Shown piece by piece: positions 63,434 to 64,000 of a stretch of DNA of 64,000 nt. Each line of letters begins with the position of its first letter. The stretch's first letter is position 1. Location: assembly GCA_964351595.1 (NCBI GenBank), contig CAYGOT010000001.1, positions 85,847 to 149,846 on the forward strand. The letters are read 5' to 3'. The notes below the pieces were generated by a model. That model searched no databases, was not told the DNA's origin, and saw only the letters and a program-made list of their open reading frames with translations. A program made the translations under genes and the position numbers. This DNA is from an uncultured Roseivirgaceae bacterium (GTDB taxonomy: Bacteria > Bacteroidota > Bacteroidia > Cytophagales > Cyclobacteriaceae).

Positions 63434-64000
63434 CTAATCTTTTGACTTTACCTTTCGCCCGGTACCAGTCAAGGTGAGATTATACTCCGTAATGGGCATG
63501 TCTGAGAAGTTCGCCACATTGCGTCGAGTGTAGGTTGTGTACTCTTCGTTGAACTGGTAGACATCCTCGTAGCGCTCCAGCATGTGATCCTGTACCTTGA
63601 GCTCACCTTTGATGATGAACTTAGCCTCTGTAGAATCATACCGGAGTAGCTCCAAGCCGGTCGCAGGCCAATTGCTGTAGATTCCTACTCGCTCATAGGA
63701 GTTTTCAAAGCGCCCATAGCGAATAGCTTCCTGGAAGGATCTTGTTCTGCCTTCATATCTTCCGCTATCGCAAACCAATTCACCTTTGCAAATGATGAAT
63801 TGTGGCACCCCACGATACGAAAGATCGTATTCGCAAATCTGGGTGCCTTTCTCCGTGAATAAGGCTTCCTGATTAGGGTTATGGGTGTCATATATTTGAA
63901 ACGATATCTCCCAGGTGCCGATGTAAAAGTCCAGATCCTGGACGGTCGGACGGGTTTCTGGAGTGTCCTGAGCCACAGCCTGGAGAGTAGTGAGAATAGT
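63434..64000 (-). CDS. Secreted hypothetical protein; the N-terminus probably lies beyond the right window edge
   Basis: The track gives 63434..63976 from a GTG start. The frame stays open to 64000 (TILTTLQAVAQDTPE...), which looks like the end of a signal peptide. Confidence 0.5.
   Translation of the reverse strand, partial: TILTTLQAVAQDTPETRPTVQDLDFYIGTWEISFQIYDTHNPNQEALFTEKGTQICEYDLSYRGVPQFIICKGELVCDSGRYEGRTRSFQEAIRYGRFENSYERVGIYSNWPATGLELLRYDSTEAKFIIKGELKVQDHMLERYEDVYQFNEEYTTYTRRNVANFSDMPITEYNLTLTGTGRKVKSKD

Overview
This window looks like a Bacteroidota chromosome segment. Supporting signs are T9SS C-terminal sorting domains, SprB-type repeats, a Bat-like VWA/TPR pair, DUF5777/DUF5916-like proteins, a TAnnTTTG promoter box, and many ATGA-type stop/start overlaps.

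Layout:
- (1) 1-8.8 kb, all on the minus strand: housekeeping and envelope genes. These are rnz (partial), a STAS protein, purC, a T9SS cargo plus beta-barrel, a MORN-variant repeat protein, a thiolase, and a Bat-like TPR and VWA pair.
- (2) 8.9-9.7 kb: a tRNA hotspot. It holds a promoter box, a 19-nt duplicate of the tRNA-Ser 5' end, tRNA-Ser(GCU), a small GIY-YIG nuclease ORF, tRNA-Arg(UCU) and a terminator.
- (3) 10.3-28.6 kb: a glycan-biosynthesis island that is AT-richer by eye and bounded by two ~0.6 kb non-coding gaps. It encodes a PhyH-bicupin fusion, several fucosyltransferase-like proteins, a sulfotransferase-like protein, a methyltransferase, an MBOAT with two tandem 631-aa DltD/AlgX-like paralogs, a 1020-aa multidomain transferase and a polytopic GT-C-like protein.
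- (4) 29-33 kb: an alpha/beta-hydrolase-AraC fusion regulator, followed by a lipoprotein/YceI/DUF5777 trio.
- (5) 33.4-47 kb: a second glycan/tailoring locus. It has a GT87-like membrane protein, a Wzx flippase, a clear PAPS-type sulfotransferase and a GT2. Next to these sit two convergent operons with four radical-SAM enzymes (three B12-binding, one SPASM/twitch) and two methyltransferases. This is my best candidate for an undescribed pathway.
- (6) 47-55 kb: a gamma-glutamylation-type amine or amino-alcohol catabolic cluster (EAT-type permease, GS-like ligase, SDR, ALDH, class-I amidotransferase-type hydrolase). It is split by an insertion carrying a DUF4143 AAA ATPase, a relic 3' fragment of a GS-like gene, and a RAYT (IS200-like Y1 transposase) flanked by inverted REP-like palindromes.
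- (7) 55-64 kb: a DUF6438-like protein, a 1744-aa T9SS zincin/adhesin, a DUF5916/CBM9-like protein and a partial secreted protein.

I saw no rRNA, CRISPR array, integrase or phage genes. All functional calls come from motif reading of the supplied translations. None has been confirmed by a database search.
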